DNA of 64,000 nucleotides from Myxococcota bacterium (GCA_963674735.2 CAXXQS010000001.1:512001-576000), one strand, 5' to 3'; shown: positions 8,981-19,862, numbered from the stretch's first letter. The notes: generated from the sequence alone by a model not told the origin. A program made the numbers and translations.

Positions 8981-10444
8981 TACCCAGTCTGACTGACCAT
9001 AGCTGTGACTCGCCGCCGCCGTGGCCGCCGTACCTTCAGCCAAGTTTCCATACCCAGTCTGACTGACCATAGCTGTGACAACATCAGTACCAATGAAAAT
9101 CTGCATGGCTGCGAATCGTTTCCATACCCAGTCTGACTGACCATAGCTGTGTCGGTCAGGACGGCACCGACGGTGTCAGCTGCAACGGCGTTTCCATACC
9201 CAGTCTGACTGACCATAGCTGTGACGGTAAGGTGTGCTCATTCGGTGAGTGGTGCTCATTCGGTGTTTCCATACCCAGTCTGACTGACCATAGCTGTGAC
9301 TCGCCGCCGCCGTGGCCGCCGTACCTTCAGCCAAGTTTCCATACCCAGTCTGACTGACCACAGCTGTGACTCCGGTGGACGACGGCTGCTTCGAGGGCTA
9401 CAAAAGTTTCCATACCCAGTCTGACTGACCATAGCTGTGACCGAATCCGTATTCCACCGCTTCGAGGGGTATGAGTTTCCATACCCAGTCTGACTGACCA
9501 TAGCTGTGACCCTGCCCGTTCTACAGCCGTTCGCAACTGCGCTGGCCTTCGGGTTTCCATACCCAGTCTGACTGACCATAGCTGTGACTTTACCACCCGA
9601 TTATCAAATCGGCCTAGCCGCTGTGTTTCCATACCCAGTCTGACTGACCACAGCTGTGACGGAGTCTGATAATCAAACAGGTAACTTAGGATAGTTTCCA
9701 TACCCAGTCTGACTGACCATAGCTGTGACAGTGATGAAGGCCGTTGCATATCGGATTGCTTGCAAGGTTTCCATACCCAGTCTGACTGACCATAGCTGTG
9801 ACGATTTTCATGTTTCACCCGCTCGGACAAGGATTCGCGTTTCCATACCCAGTCTGACTGACCATAGCTGTGACGAGTACAATCAGGTTCAGATGTGGGC
9901 CTGTATGTTTCCATACCCAGTCTGACTGACCATAGCTGTGACCATAAACCACATGGTGTGGGAGGAATACCCGTAGTTTCCATACCCAGTCTGACTGACC
10001 CCATAGCTGTGACAATTTCTTCGGTTACGGCCCACATGACGATGACTGGTTTCCATACCCAGTCTGACTGACCATAGCTGTGACAAAATCCCTGCCGAAC
10101 TCTTGGAGTCCCAAGCGGGATTGTTTCCATACCCAGTCTGACTGACCATAGCTGTGACGTATGCTCCAGGTGTGGAGCAATGATGGCGGAGGCAAGTTTC
10201 CATACCCAGTCTGACTGACCATAGCTGTGACTTCTTCGCCTCCGATTGCCGGTGAAGTCGTGTTGAGTTTCCATACCCAGTCTGACTGACCATAGCTGTG
10301 ACACCAGAATATGGTCACTATCATCAACAAGGTCCGTTTCCATACCCAGTCTGACTGACCATAGCTGTGACGAAAACGCTAGTTTGCCAGTGGATAAAAG
10401 GGAGGAGGGTTTCCATACCCAGTCTGACTGACCATAGCTGTGAC
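8981..10444 (-). CRISPR. CRISPR array 1: 21 repeats (trailer one truncated), 20 spacers; repeat GTCACAGCTATGGTCAGTCAGACTGGGTATGGAAAC
   Basis: 36-bp repeats with 32-42 bp spacers; the GGAAAC 3' end, the leader on the right and the degenerate left end give minus orientation. Confidence 0.98.
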
Positions 10445-10811
10445 TCTGGCCTTGTAAAGACTGGGAACCGTTGGGCTTTCAGACCGGGTTTGACAAGTCA
10501 CCCCTCAAAATCCACTCACTATAGCCGTCAGACCGGAAAAAATGGGGTGCAGCAAAACTTTGGCACAAGCTAATCTCTTGTTTTCAAAGAGCTTTTCCAA
10601 TTTGACAAGTCTCCAGCATGAAAACGAGCCGCCAAAGATGCTTTATCTAGTGAAGATTATAGGAGATTATGCCTGTTGCACGACTTTTGCAAGCGAAATA
10701 TTCCGCAGACTTGTCAAATTATTAGCGAATATTTTATAATCCTGAATGATATCAATGGGTCGCACGACAGCTTATAGTCATTCTACATCAGAGCTATTTC
10801 TGTTGCACCCC
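10445..10811 (-). promoter_or_regulatory. CRISPR leader copy 1 (367 bp)
   Basis: Near-identical to 15082-15448 and 26264-26630. Confidence 0.85.
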
Positions 10812-10844
10812 CCCTTGGCATGTCCTGTTTTTTGAGATGATAAA

Positions 10845-11135
10845 CTAAATGATAATGGCTGTCGGTGGTCCGGGAAGCTGCGTATCTCCGAATAAACTCG
10901 TATTCTCGCGACAATCCTGACAGAGGCGATAGACCTTGACCGTGTCCGTCTCATCCAAAATGAACGACAACTCATCCAGCAGGCGCTTCAGGTTTGCGGA
11001 TGAACAAACAAGCTCATACACGCAGTCCTGGACCCGATTGCCTTTGAATTTCAAGGTCTCACGAATCATCCTTTGACGTGCATGGCTTTTCACGTCGTAC
11101 ACCACCACCCAAAGGAAAAACTTGGAATCAGGCAT
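10845..11135 (-). CDS. cas2: CRISPR-associated Cas2
   Basis: VVYDV...GNRVQDCVYE...DTVKVYRLC. Confidence 0.92.
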   Translation of the reverse strand: MPDSKFFLWVVVYDVKSHARQRMIRETLKFKGNRVQDCVYELVCSSANLKRLLDELSFILDETDTVKVYRLCQDCRENTSLFGDTQLPGPPTAIII

Positions 11136-11144
11136 CTCATACTC

Positions 11145-14033
11145 CTACCATTTCATTTGAAAAGCATCGAAGGACAGCTCCGAACCATCGATATACCGCC
11201 GCAGCGACATGGCCTGTCGATAGAGGTGGCCTCGCAAGGTATCTGTTTTGTTCGTGGTATCCGAAACCTCGCGGGCTAGCTGATCCTCGAAGCGAAGCAG
11301 CAATAGTTTAACCGTTTTCGCGGTCATCATCACTCTGTATGGGCCTTTTTGCTTCCTGACAAAATCCGAATTTTTGACTTCACCATGATTGACCGCATTG
11401 ATTGCAACCCTGTCAACGACAAAGCGAAACGGCTCCATCAGGTCGGCCGCCAAGGCGGCGTAGCGGCCTTTGCCCTGGTGCAGTACGCCAAGGTACGGGT
11501 CCAGACCGACCGAAAATATTGTGGTGTGCGTAAGTCTGAACAATTGCGTATACAGGAAATTCAGCATCACATTGACTGGATCTTCAGCACCGCGCGTGGT
11601 TCGTCCAGTAAAAGCGGGTAGGTTGCCTTTGAGCCATTGCGGCCATTGGGAGAAATAGGCGTGCGCAGCTTGCCCTTCGATGCCTCTTAGCATGTCCGGA
11701 TCGGCAGCCTTTTCGGCGCGTGAAATCATCGCGCTCAATTGTTCCAACAATCTCGGAACATTATCTTCCTTGCGGCGACGAGCCAGCATGCGCGTGTTGC
11801 GTATTTTGGCGGACACGAGCTTTCTCGACACATTTAAACTCCCCGCTGAATCCTCCGACCATTTCCATTGCAGCAAAGTAATCGGCGATGGCGAGCGCAC
11901 CTTGTCGGGCAAAACCAGTCCGAGAGGCGTTCCGTCCCATTTGTGCAAGGCTATCGGAATTCGGTGACGCAAGGCTCTCTGCATGACGGAACTACCGATG
12001 TATTTACCACCAAGCAGAACCAGTTCCGAGATTTCGGACCAGGCGACCATAAGCGGCGGATTGTCCTTGCGTTCGATATAAAGCCCGCGCTTTTTACCGA
12101 TCAGTTTTGCGTCTCCGCTGACCACGTAGATGGGCTTGCGCTCGATGCTCGGAGGAGCGATGGGCGCGTGCCAGCGATGATGTGATGCACGGTCTTCTTC
12201 TTTACGCTCCGGATCCTTACCCTTGCTTTCCACAAAATCAGACAACCACCCCGACAGTTTGACGGAATCGCCTGTCTGCATCGCATTGACCGGCATACTC
12301 TTCAACACTTCGCTGGTCTTGCCTGATTTCTCCACGTCCAACACCACGCTTCGGCAAAACAGGGAACCCAGAAATCGAAACCCCCTGTCGAATGCCGTCT
12401 CGGCTGTTTTATCATCATTCAAAGCCAAGCCGAGCTTGTGCAATTCCTCGGTCACCGTCTTTCTTGCAAGCTCAAGGTCGGATTCGTTTTTGCCCATGAT
12501 AATAAAGTCGTCGGCAAATCGAACCAGCCGAAACCCCTTGGCCTCGATGACTTCGTCGAACCGGTCGAGATAAAGATTGGCCAGGATAGGAGCGATGACC
12601 GCACCTTGAGGCAGTCCTTTGATACGCTCGATGTTTCGGCCTTCAAACGCCACGGGCGCTTTGCACCAGCAAAGCAGAGCCGCGACAACCGGATCGTCTC
12701 CGAAATAAGCTTCGAGGCGCAGCAGGAGTTTGTCCCAATCCACCTCGTCGAAAAAAGCTCGGATGTCGGCATCGAGAATATACTTATATCCCTGCTCACG
12801 AGCTTGTAGAACGCTGCGCTTGGCGTGGCGATGGCTCAACCCCTTGCGATAGGCGAAGCTCGAATCTTCCAACAGTTGCTCGATGGCGGGCTGCATTTCC
12901 TGCAAAACGGCACGCTGCAAAAAACGGTCGCGCATGGTGGGAATGGCCAAGGGGCGCAGTTTAACCTTACCGGTTTCCTCCTGTTGCTCGCGAATGACGA
13001 GACCCCGCAAGGGATTCGGGGCTACCTTGTTTTTTCGCAGAGCCGAGGTCAGCTTCGGCATGTCGGTGGTCAGGCTGTCCAGAAATTCTTCACGGCCGAC
13101 ATCGTCGATGCCCGGAGCGGGACCGGCTTCGGTCAGCGCCTGGCGTGCCAAGACGATATTGTCCATATCCGCCGAGCGCTCCAGGATCGTTCGTGCCGGT
13201 TTGGGCGGCCAGTCGCCGTGCGGCGCGTGACCGGCAACCTCGAAACGCCCCTGTCCCATATTGCGGCCTTTGCCGATACCGACGATACCCGCCAGCAGAA
13301 TCGGCAAGGCCCATTCGCCTACAGCCCGGTCGAAGTGCAACGTTATCGATCCCGATGAGCCCAGCAGCCGTTTTTTGGGATAGGCCACGTCCGTGCGGAT
13401 CAAGCGATTTTCGGTCAGCAGCACCGAATAACTTGCGGGCACCTGCAAATTTTTGGAGAAGAGCGCAGGCCACCACTCACGAACCCTTTGGGCGACCCGC
13501 TCGAAAAATTTGCCCGGTAAGAAGACATCCCCATCCATGAGAAACGTCTTGCTCGCAACCGGTGAACGCAGAATCAGCAAGGGGGAGAGAAAGCGGATGG
13601 TGATGTCCCGCTTTTTCGAGAGCGCATCGGCTTTGTCCTGAACCATGTTCAATGTCAGGGATTGGGGATGCGACTTGGATAGAGGGCGATTCGCGATGAT
13701 GTCGGTGACGCGTTCCACTTCGTAGTTGTTGCTAAAGGGAGCTTTGTCCGTTCGCCCGAAATCGGAGCTTGGCGGCGACGCGATCAGCCGCGCGAACCTC
13801 TGCGGTGAGATCGGCCCGCCGGGCGCAAGCGCGACGCCCAGATGATAAGGCTCGTTTCGCCGATAAACAACACGGCCCCGCTCGGGCGTATAGATGGCGA
13901 CACCCGAAGGGAAGTCTCTGGGCGTACCGAGACGATCCATCAAGGCGGCATAGAGCGCCGGATGGTGAAAGAAATGCAACTGTGTTTCGCGCGTAAAGCG
14001 CAAACGCAGCTTAAGGAGATGGAGAAGCTCCAT
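11145..14033 (-). CDS. cas1: Cas6-reverse transcriptase-Cas1 triple fusion
   Basis: Cas6 Gly-rich loop GIVGIGKGRNMGQGRF; RT motifs RPLAIPTMRDRFLQ, DIRAFFD, GLPQG and RFADD; Cas1 motifs GIEGQAAHAYF, NVMLNFLY, GVLH and DLMEPFR. Start placed at ATG 14033 behind a GAAAGGAG RBS (ORF track gives TTG 14039). Confidence 0.93.
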   Translation of the reverse strand: MELLHLLKLRLRFTRETQLHFFHHPALYAALMDRLGTPRDFPSGVAIYTPERGRVVYRRNEPYHLGVALAPGGPISPQRFARLIASPPSSDFGRTDKAPFSNNYEVERVTDIIANRPLSKSHPQSLTLNMVQDKADALSKKRDITIRFLSPLLILRSPVASKTFLMDGDVFLPGKFFERVAQRVREWWPALFSKNLQVPASYSVLLTENRLIRTDVAYPKKRLLGSSGSITLHFDRAVGEWALPILLAGIVGIGKGRNMGQGRFEVAGHAPHGDWPPKPARTILERSADMDNIVLARQALTEAGPAPGIDDVGREEFLDSLTTDMPKLTSALRKNKVAPNPLRGLVIREQQEETGKVKLRPLAIPTMRDRFLQRAVLQEMQPAIEQLLEDSSFAYRKGLSHRHAKRSVLQAREQGYKYILDADIRAFFDEVDWDKLLLRLEAYFGDDPVVAALLCWCKAPVAFEGRNIERIKGLPQGAVIAPILANLYLDRFDEVIEAKGFRLVRFADDFIIMGKNESDLELARKTVTEELHKLGLALNDDKTAETAFDRGFRFLGSLFCRSVVLDVEKSGKTSEVLKSMPVNAMQTGDSVKLSGWLSDFVESKGKDPERKEEDRASHHRWHAPIAPPSIERKPIYVVSGDAKLIGKKRGLYIERKDNPPLMVAWSEISELVLLGGKYIGSSVMQRALRHRIPIALHKWDGTPLGLVLPDKVRSPSPITLLQWKWSEDSAGSLNVSRKLVSAKIRNTRMLARRRKEDNVPRLLEQLSAMISRAEKAADPDMLRGIEGQAAHAYFSQWPQWLKGNLPAFTGRTTRGAEDPVNVMLNFLYTQLFRLTHTTIFSVGLDPYLGVLHQGKGRYAALAADLMEPFRFVVDRVAINAVNHGEVKNSDFVRKQKGPYRVMMTAKTVKLLLLRFEDQLAREVSDTTNKTDTLRGHLYRQAMSLRRYIDGSELSFDAFQMKW

Positions 14034-14069
14034 ACCCAACTCCTTTCAGCGGTTCAAGAGATCAGTGGG

Positions 14070-15081
14070 CAGTCTGACTGACCATAGCTGTGACGATCAA
14101 CCCCCAGTGGGTGATAACGGTCGGAACGAGAGTTTCCATACCCAGTCTGACTGACCATAGCTGTGACTTTGAAGAGCTGGTTTACGCTCCTCCTCAGCAG
14201 GTTGTGTTTCCATACCCAGTCTGACTGACCATAGCTGTGACCTCTGGTGGTTTGGCCTAATTGTGCTGGTACTGTTTCCATACCCAGTCTGACTGACCAT
14301 AGCTGTGACATGGTCATCTTGTTGCTGCTGTGCGCCACGTAGTTTCCATACCCAGTCTGACTGACCATAGCTGTGACTCTGGCCGATGAGGACAAAAGCA
14401 CCCTGTCGAAGTTTCCATACCCAGTCTGACTGACCATAGCTGTGACAGATCACAACTACGATATCGTCAAGCGTGAATTGTTTCCATACCCAGTCTGACT
14501 GACCATAGCTGTGACGCGGCAAGGGACTTTTTACTCACACCGGCGACATGAGTTTCCATACCCAGTCTGACTGACCATAGCTGTGACCATAAACCACATG
14601 GTGTGGGAGGAATACCCGTAGTTTCCATACCCAGTCTGACTGACCCCATAGCTGTGACAATTTCTTCGGTTACGGCCCACATGACGATGACTGGTTTCCA
14701 TACCCAGTCTGACTGACCATAGCTGTGACCTCTGAAGCCGAAACCACCTAAAAGGAGGTGAAGTTTCCATACCCAGTCTGACCGACCATAGCTGTGACGA
14801 GGAATGCCAGATCGAAGAATGGGGGGTGGAAGTTTCCATACCCAGTCTGACTGACCATAGCTGTGACTAGGAGTAGGACTTGGACTTTTGGCACTTGGTG
14901 GGTTTCCATACCCAGTCTGACTGACCATAGCTGTGACTTGATTGTATATCTAGCATCTTCTAGTATGATAATGTTTCCATACCCAGTCTGACTGACCATA
15001 GCTGTGACGCTGGACGGCTCGAACACCTTGTGTGTTCCGGACTATGTTTCCATACCCAGTCTGACTGACCATAGCTGTGAC
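14070..15081 (-). CRISPR. CRISPR array 2: 15 repeats (trailer one partial), 14 spacers
   Basis: Same 36-bp repeat as array 1. Confidence 0.98.
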
Positions 15082-15448
15082 TCTGGCCTTGTAAAGACTG
15101 GGAACCGTTGGGCTTTCAGACCGGGTTTGACAAGTCACCCTTCAAAATCCATTCACTATAGCCGTCAGACCGGAAAAAATGGGGTGCAGCAAAACTTTGG
15201 CACAAGCTAATCTCTTGTTTTCAAAGAGCTTTTCCAATTTGACAAGTCTCCAGCATGAAAACGAGCCGCCAAAGATGCTTTATCTAGTGAAGATTATAGG
15301 AGATTATGCCTGTTGCACGACTTTTGCAAGCGAAATATTCCGCAGACTTGTCAAATAATTATCGAACATTCAATTATTCTCAATGATATCATGGGGTCGC
15401 ACGACAATTTATAGTCATTCCACATCAGAGCTATTTCTGTTGCACCCC
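15082..15448 (-). promoter_or_regulatory. CRISPR leader copy 2 (367 bp)
   Basis: Near-identical to the other two leaders. Confidence 0.85.
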
Positions 15449-15483
15449 CTTTAAAACAGAGAATCGGTGTAGATGGTGAAGCC

Positions 15484-17247
15484 CTAATTCTTGGGTAGCA
15501 ATCCTTTCTCGGTCTTGCATTTATCGTGGCAACTGACGATGCCGGAAATGCAATCGATGATGTCCGATCCTGTCCATATCAAGAACAAGGTAAGAGCTGA
15601 GAAAATGGGAATGCTGTATAATCCGATCGTCAGCAATAATTCTCCTTCGCTGCCTTCTCCCATTATCTCTTTGAGGTTCATGCCGAAGATCGAGGCGATC
15701 AGCGCCGGACCGGCCAGACCCAACATCGCAATATTCAGATAAGCGATGGAACCGAGCCTTCGCCCAACGGTTGCGTTGCTGAAATCGTGCAGGGCTTTGA
15801 TTTCTTTTTCGACCTCATCGAACAGCCGTTTGTTGCCCAAGTTGCGGCTCCACAGGTCAAACATTTCGATTCCCTGCTCCTGGCCGGTGACTTCGGAAAA
15901 CCAATATTTGTTGTGGAACTTCAGGAAGTCGGATCGCAAATCTTCCAATTCTCGGTGCAGCTTTTTGTTCTCCAACTTCCCTGGAGAGGTTGCTTGTTGC
16001 GCCAGTCGTGCCGCTCGATGGGAAAGATTCAGCAAAATCGCCCGCTGACCGATCAACAGATTTGCCATCTGGAAATACATCGAGTTGAAATGCTCCGGGA
16101 TCAATGTGCAGTTTGCATAACCGTTGCCGTGCAGCAAATACGTCCCGCTGTATCTTGTAAATCCATAATACGATCCCCAATCTCGAAAACGCAGATACAA
16201 GGACTGTTCCAGGCAATGGTCCCTGAATTCAGGATTAGAGGTATATTCCGTTGTGGAAGGATCGATAAAAATATATTGATAGAGCCGTTTTCTGAATTTT
16301 TCGCTTTGTGTCGTCAATTCGCCGAGGGGATTTCGAGTTTCACCGAACCGACACGGTCTGAACTCGCGTTCCCCAAAACCGGTGTCTGCATCATCAACAA
16401 TGGCTAACGAGCATACGAAGTTTCGCTCATCGAGGATCGGATTGAGGTTTTCGACCCTCAACGACTTTTTCAAATCCTTTGACTCTCCCGCACCGACAAG
16501 ATCTGCAAACAATTTTTCAATCCAGAATGTATAATGCTCGCCGATATAAGAGTTGGATTGCAGATCGTCTTCCTTGTCGGAATCGGGCTTTTGAGTGATG
16601 AATTCATCGAAATGCCTGCCAAACATTTCGGTACTGGCCGAATTTCCATCGGCCTTGACAATCTTGATCGAGAGAGGCAGTTCGTTTGCCCCTTTCTGCG
16701 CTTCGGACCAGTCTTTAACGGGATGTCCGGATACGTGGTCATAAACCTGATCGTATCCAATAAACGAAGGCCCTGAACGGCGTAATAGATTATTGATATC
16801 CAGAGCATCATCCAAACTCAATTGATTCGGGCTAGTGGCGTCATCACGAACATAAGATACGCCAAAGATAAGTGCGCCTACATCGAGATCGTAAAAATAG
16901 CCCATCACCCAATCGAGATTGACGAAGCGCGTTTTCTCTTTTTGAGATCTGCGCCACGATATTTCTATTTTCCAATTCTTGATTTTCTCTTCATAAACCT
17001 CGAAAGCCATCAGGCAAGGTCGATCCGACATACCGGTGCCAAACAATAGTTCTCTGGTATGAGGATGGAAATACTGATACTCGGCGAAAGTTTCAGGGTT
17101 ATGCGGTGAGATTTCAGGGGTGCGGAAAAACCACTCCCCCACAAAGTCTTTACGGCTAGTGGGATTATTTGAATCTTTCAGGGCGTTAAACGTACCCTGC
17201 TTCAATGAAAACGGAAAGTAGAACTGGGCTTTATAGAGGTGTAGCAT
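15484..17247 (-). CDS. corA: CRISPR-associated CorA-family membrane effector
   Basis: Large soluble N-terminus, YFQMANLLIGQRA...WFSEVTGQEQGIEMF, then two C-terminal TM helices with the GMN signature (IFGMNL); directly after cmr6. Confidence 0.82.
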   Translation of the reverse strand: MLHLYKAQFYFPFSLKQGTFNALKDSNNPTSRKDFVGEWFFRTPEISPHNPETFAEYQYFHPHTRELLFGTGMSDRPCLMAFEVYEEKIKNWKIEISWRRSQKEKTRFVNLDWVMGYFYDLDVGALIFGVSYVRDDATSPNQLSLDDALDINNLLRRSGPSFIGYDQVYDHVSGHPVKDWSEAQKGANELPLSIKIVKADGNSASTEMFGRHFDEFITQKPDSDKEDDLQSNSYIGEHYTFWIEKLFADLVGAGESKDLKKSLRVENLNPILDERNFVCSLAIVDDADTGFGEREFRPCRFGETRNPLGELTTQSEKFRKRLYQYIFIDPSTTEYTSNPEFRDHCLEQSLYLRFRDWGSYYGFTRYSGTYLLHGNGYANCTLIPEHFNSMYFQMANLLIGQRAILLNLSHRAARLAQQATSPGKLENKKLHRELEDLRSDFLKFHNKYWFSEVTGQEQGIEMFDLWSRNLGNKRLFDEVEKEIKALHDFSNATVGRRLGSIAYLNIAMLGLAGPALIASIFGMNLKEIMGEGSEGELLLTIGLYSIPIFSALTLFLIWTGSDIIDCISGIVSCHDKCKTEKGLLPKN

Positions 17248-17271
17248 ATTCCGATATCCCGATAATGAGAA

Positions 17272-18507
17272 TCACGAGTCCAGCTTCGACCATTGTTTCA
17301 AATTGCTGATGCAATCTTTGTATCGCTTGGATATGCGTTTAAGCACGCTATTTTTCTTAAGCAGCCTTGATGAAAGAACACTTCTAAATTCAGCTCGATC
17401 CGGGTCGGTCATGTTCAATATGGCTTCGTATACCTCGGCATTGCTTAACTCTTTCTCGAAAGCCTGAGCCTCTAGAGCCAGTTTGTCGGACTGTGCCTTT
17501 TGAGCCGGATCGGAAGTTAGGATACGCCTGACAGCGTCGTTGTTTTTCCACTCATTCGTTGGTAATTCCCGCATACGTCCATAACCAATGGCTGTTTTCG
17601 CTCCGATACCTTCTTTCTCCAAAGCCATACAAAGAATATCTTTCGCCCAGGAGCGCCAACCGGGTGCACCTTCCAATGCAACAAAGAAGCAGACATCGCT
17701 CCCCAAAGTGATGAACGGTATCGGATTTGGGCTGTCGTAGTCGGCGGGCGGAGGGACATCGCCTTTTGTCGCATCCGCCTGATAGTAATCCTGATGATGA
17801 ACGGTCATGACATCCGGCAAAAAGGGGCTTTTGTCGGTCGGGATCCACCATGCGTCATGAAAGACGATGCACCCGGCAGCATCCTGTCTGCCGAAAAGAT
17901 TGTCATAATACGTATACCCGTTTGAATCCACAAACCCCATATTTTCGTATTTCTTGATTTCCTTTTCGGTCTTTTCCTTATCCGGTCCAGATTTGTGCTT
18001 CGCTTCGTGCCAGCTTTCAGGACTCGGCAGAAAAGCGGATCGATTATCATCGGGCTCTAAATCGGTACACACGTTGATTGCGTCTTGCCCTTTGCCTTCA
18101 GCCTGCCAGCCTCCATAATACGTTTTACAGAAGTGCGACGCCAGCCCCTTTAGGGCGGAGCCGGGAATCATCGGTGCGCCGTAGGTACGGTTCAAGGTGA
18201 TACTGTTTTCCAAAACGCTATCCGCTCCAAGGCCGACAGCAGCCCTGGATTTGGATTCGATAATGACAACATCGGTATCATTCTTCAGTGAACGGCAATG
18301 ACGCATAAGCGCTAAGTTATAACAATCTGGTGCGCCGTAGCTATTCATAAGAAACTCGTACAGTTTCTTCTCAGCTGCATGCTCGTCTTTGAAAGCTTCA
18401 ACATACTTATCCAACAACAAACCTGCGTTGATACCTTCTTTCGGTTTTGGGTACCTAAGCTTGCTTAGAGCATCGCGTCTGGCATTCAGTCCGTTTTTCA
18501 TGGCCAA
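17272..18507 (-). CDS. cmr6: Type III-B RAMP Cmr6
   Basis: VGLG...ENSITL...YGAPMIPGSALKG; DVMTVHHQDYY; PNPIPF; GIGAKTAIGYG. Confidence 0.93.
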   Translation of the reverse strand: MAMKNGLNARRDALSKLRYPKPKEGINAGLLLDKYVEAFKDEHAAEKKLYEFLMNSYGAPDCYNLALMRHCRSLKNDTDVVIIESKSRAAVGLGADSVLENSITLNRTYGAPMIPGSALKGLASHFCKTYYGGWQAEGKGQDAINVCTDLEPDDNRSAFLPSPESWHEAKHKSGPDKEKTEKEIKKYENMGFVDSNGYTYYDNLFGRQDAAGCIVFHDAWWIPTDKSPFLPDVMTVHHQDYYQADATKGDVPPPADYDSPNPIPFITLGSDVCFFVALEGAPGWRSWAKDILCMALEKEGIGAKTAIGYGRMRELPTNEWKNNDAVRRILTSDPAQKAQSDKLALEAQAFEKELSNAEVYEAILNMTDPDRAEFRSVLSSRLLKKNSVLKRISKRYKDCISNLKQWSKLDS

Positions 18508-18511
18508 CTCT

Positions 18512-18913
18512 CTAATCCGTGATCAGAATTTCCGCATAGCGTTTGTACCAAAGTCCGACATCCAAAGCTTTTTTTGTAAGCAGCATGTAATTCTCGCTTG
18601 AACAGTCATTACTGCTTAAATAACCATGAATAGTGTCGGTCGAAGACGCATTTGGCAATTCCAGGACCTCTTTAAGCTTTTCCAGGAAAACTTCGAAAGC
18701 TTTCGATTGCTCGGATTTCTTGTCGCTGGAGCCGCTGGCTTTGCTGTGGAAGAAGGCTACGGTCTGCATCAGGCCATTGGTTTTGACCAATATAGGAAAG
18801 CGCTTGCATACTCGGGAAAACTCGCCTTTCGGAAAGCCGCTCTTTTTGAGTAACTGGGTAAACTGGCCGTATATTTTCTGCGCATATACTTGGGATCGAA
18901 TCGTAAAAGCCAT
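18512..18913 (-). CDS. cmr5: Type III-B small subunit Cmr5
   Basis: FPILVKTNGLMQTVAF...WYKRYAE. Confidence 0.9.
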   Translation of the reverse strand: MAFTIRSQVYAQKIYGQFTQLLKKSGFPKGEFSRVCKRFPILVKTNGLMQTVAFFHSKASGSSDKKSEQSKAFEVFLEKLKEVLELPNASSTDTIHGYLSSNDCSSENYMLLTKKALDVGLWYKRYAEILITD

Positions 18914-18918
18914 GTCCG

Positions 18919-19845
18919 TTATCCTTTCGAAACCAGCCGCACACGACCGCGTCCTACTGTCGCTTTGCCACCCAATTGAATAGGGCGATCAGTAACAGTG
19001 GAATCGAATACGTAATCCAGTATTTGTTCGGGGCTATTCATGTCATTCAAGGGAGAGCCACCATCTTTGCCGCGCTCGAAGGAGTTGAAATGGGATCTTC
19101 CGGCAAGAGCCAGTCCCCATAATATACTCTCCGCCGGAAGCGCTTCTTCATACCAGAGAGCGCCTTTTTCCACGGTTTTCTTTTCGTCATCGATACGAAT
19201 ACGCGCGGCCACTTCTACGGCGTTTTGATAGAAGAATGAAAACACGTCATCACCGACAATAATGAACCGTTGTTTGAAATGATCCTGATATTCCTGGTCA
19301 TCCGGAAAAACAGAGGCTGCTATCGCCGCCGCCCAGTTGTCAACCAGTTCACAATATTGCGATCCGGTATCCACGCTCAGATCTAAATCCTCCAAATACA
19401 CCACCTCATTTCGGCAAGCGGCATTTTGATCGCCAACAAGGGCTTGCTTGCTTTCTGGAATTTTAGGAATTTCGAGGCTTGCATGATTAGAATCCCGTTT
19501 GTATCTTTGCAAGACTATCGGAGAAGATACCCAGGTAAAAACTCCATAGAATGAACGTACGGGAAGACATAGCAATCGTGCATCTCCGAATACTGTTGCA
19601 CCTGCATAGTCGGAGGCATTATCCGTGTCCGGGCCAAAGGCATTCATCACCCTATCCTTGACTCCGCCGTTCTTCTCCTTAGCCCAATGGCAATCTCGAA
19701 GTGCGCCCTTGATGGAGCTTCCAGGTACTATGGGTAAAGCCGTCGCCACCTCTCTTGCTATCGGGAGATCGAGGACACCCGATCCTTGCCCCGTTCCTGC
19801 GTGAAGAGCGGACAAAGCGTGTATATAATAAACGCGTTCAACCAT
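18919..19845 (-). CDS. cmr4: Type III-B RAMP Cmr4 (target RNase)
   Basis: LHAGTGQGSGVLDLPIARE with the catalytic Asp; PGSSIKG; LWYEEALP; QLGGKATVGRG. Start placed at ATG 19845. Confidence 0.95.
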   Translation of the reverse strand: MVERVYYIHALSALHAGTGQGSGVLDLPIAREVATALPIVPGSSIKGALRDCHWAKEKNGGVKDRVMNAFGPDTDNASDYAGATVFGDARLLCLPVRSFYGVFTWVSSPIVLQRYKRDSNHASLEIPKIPESKQALVGDQNAACRNEVVYLEDLDLSVDTGSQYCELVDNWAAAIAASVFPDDQEYQDHFKQRFIIVGDDVFSFFYQNAVEVAARIRIDDEKKTVEKGALWYEEALPAESILWGLALAGRSHFNSFERGKDGGSPLNDMNSPEQILDYVFDSTVTDRPIQLGGKATVGRGRVRLVSKG

Positions 19846-19862
19846 AATTCGTTCTCCCGTTT

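Noticed and set aside
9371-9474. Adjacent spacers sharing GCTTCGAGGG
   Set aside because: Only a 10-nt match with unrelated flanks; could be chance
8873-10573. Numerous ORFs across array 1 (and likewise arrays 2 and 3)
   Set aside because: Translations of CRISPR repeats (SQLWSVRLGMET, VTAMVSQTGYGN), not genes
11145-14033. Group II intron, retron or DGR reverse transcriptase
   Set aside because: The RT is fused in frame between Cas6 and Cas1; no intron RNA, msr/msd or TR/VR pair seen
15484-17247. Housekeeping Mg2+ transporter CorA
   Set aside because: Much longer divergent N-terminus and operonic with cmr6; fits the CRISPR-associated clade
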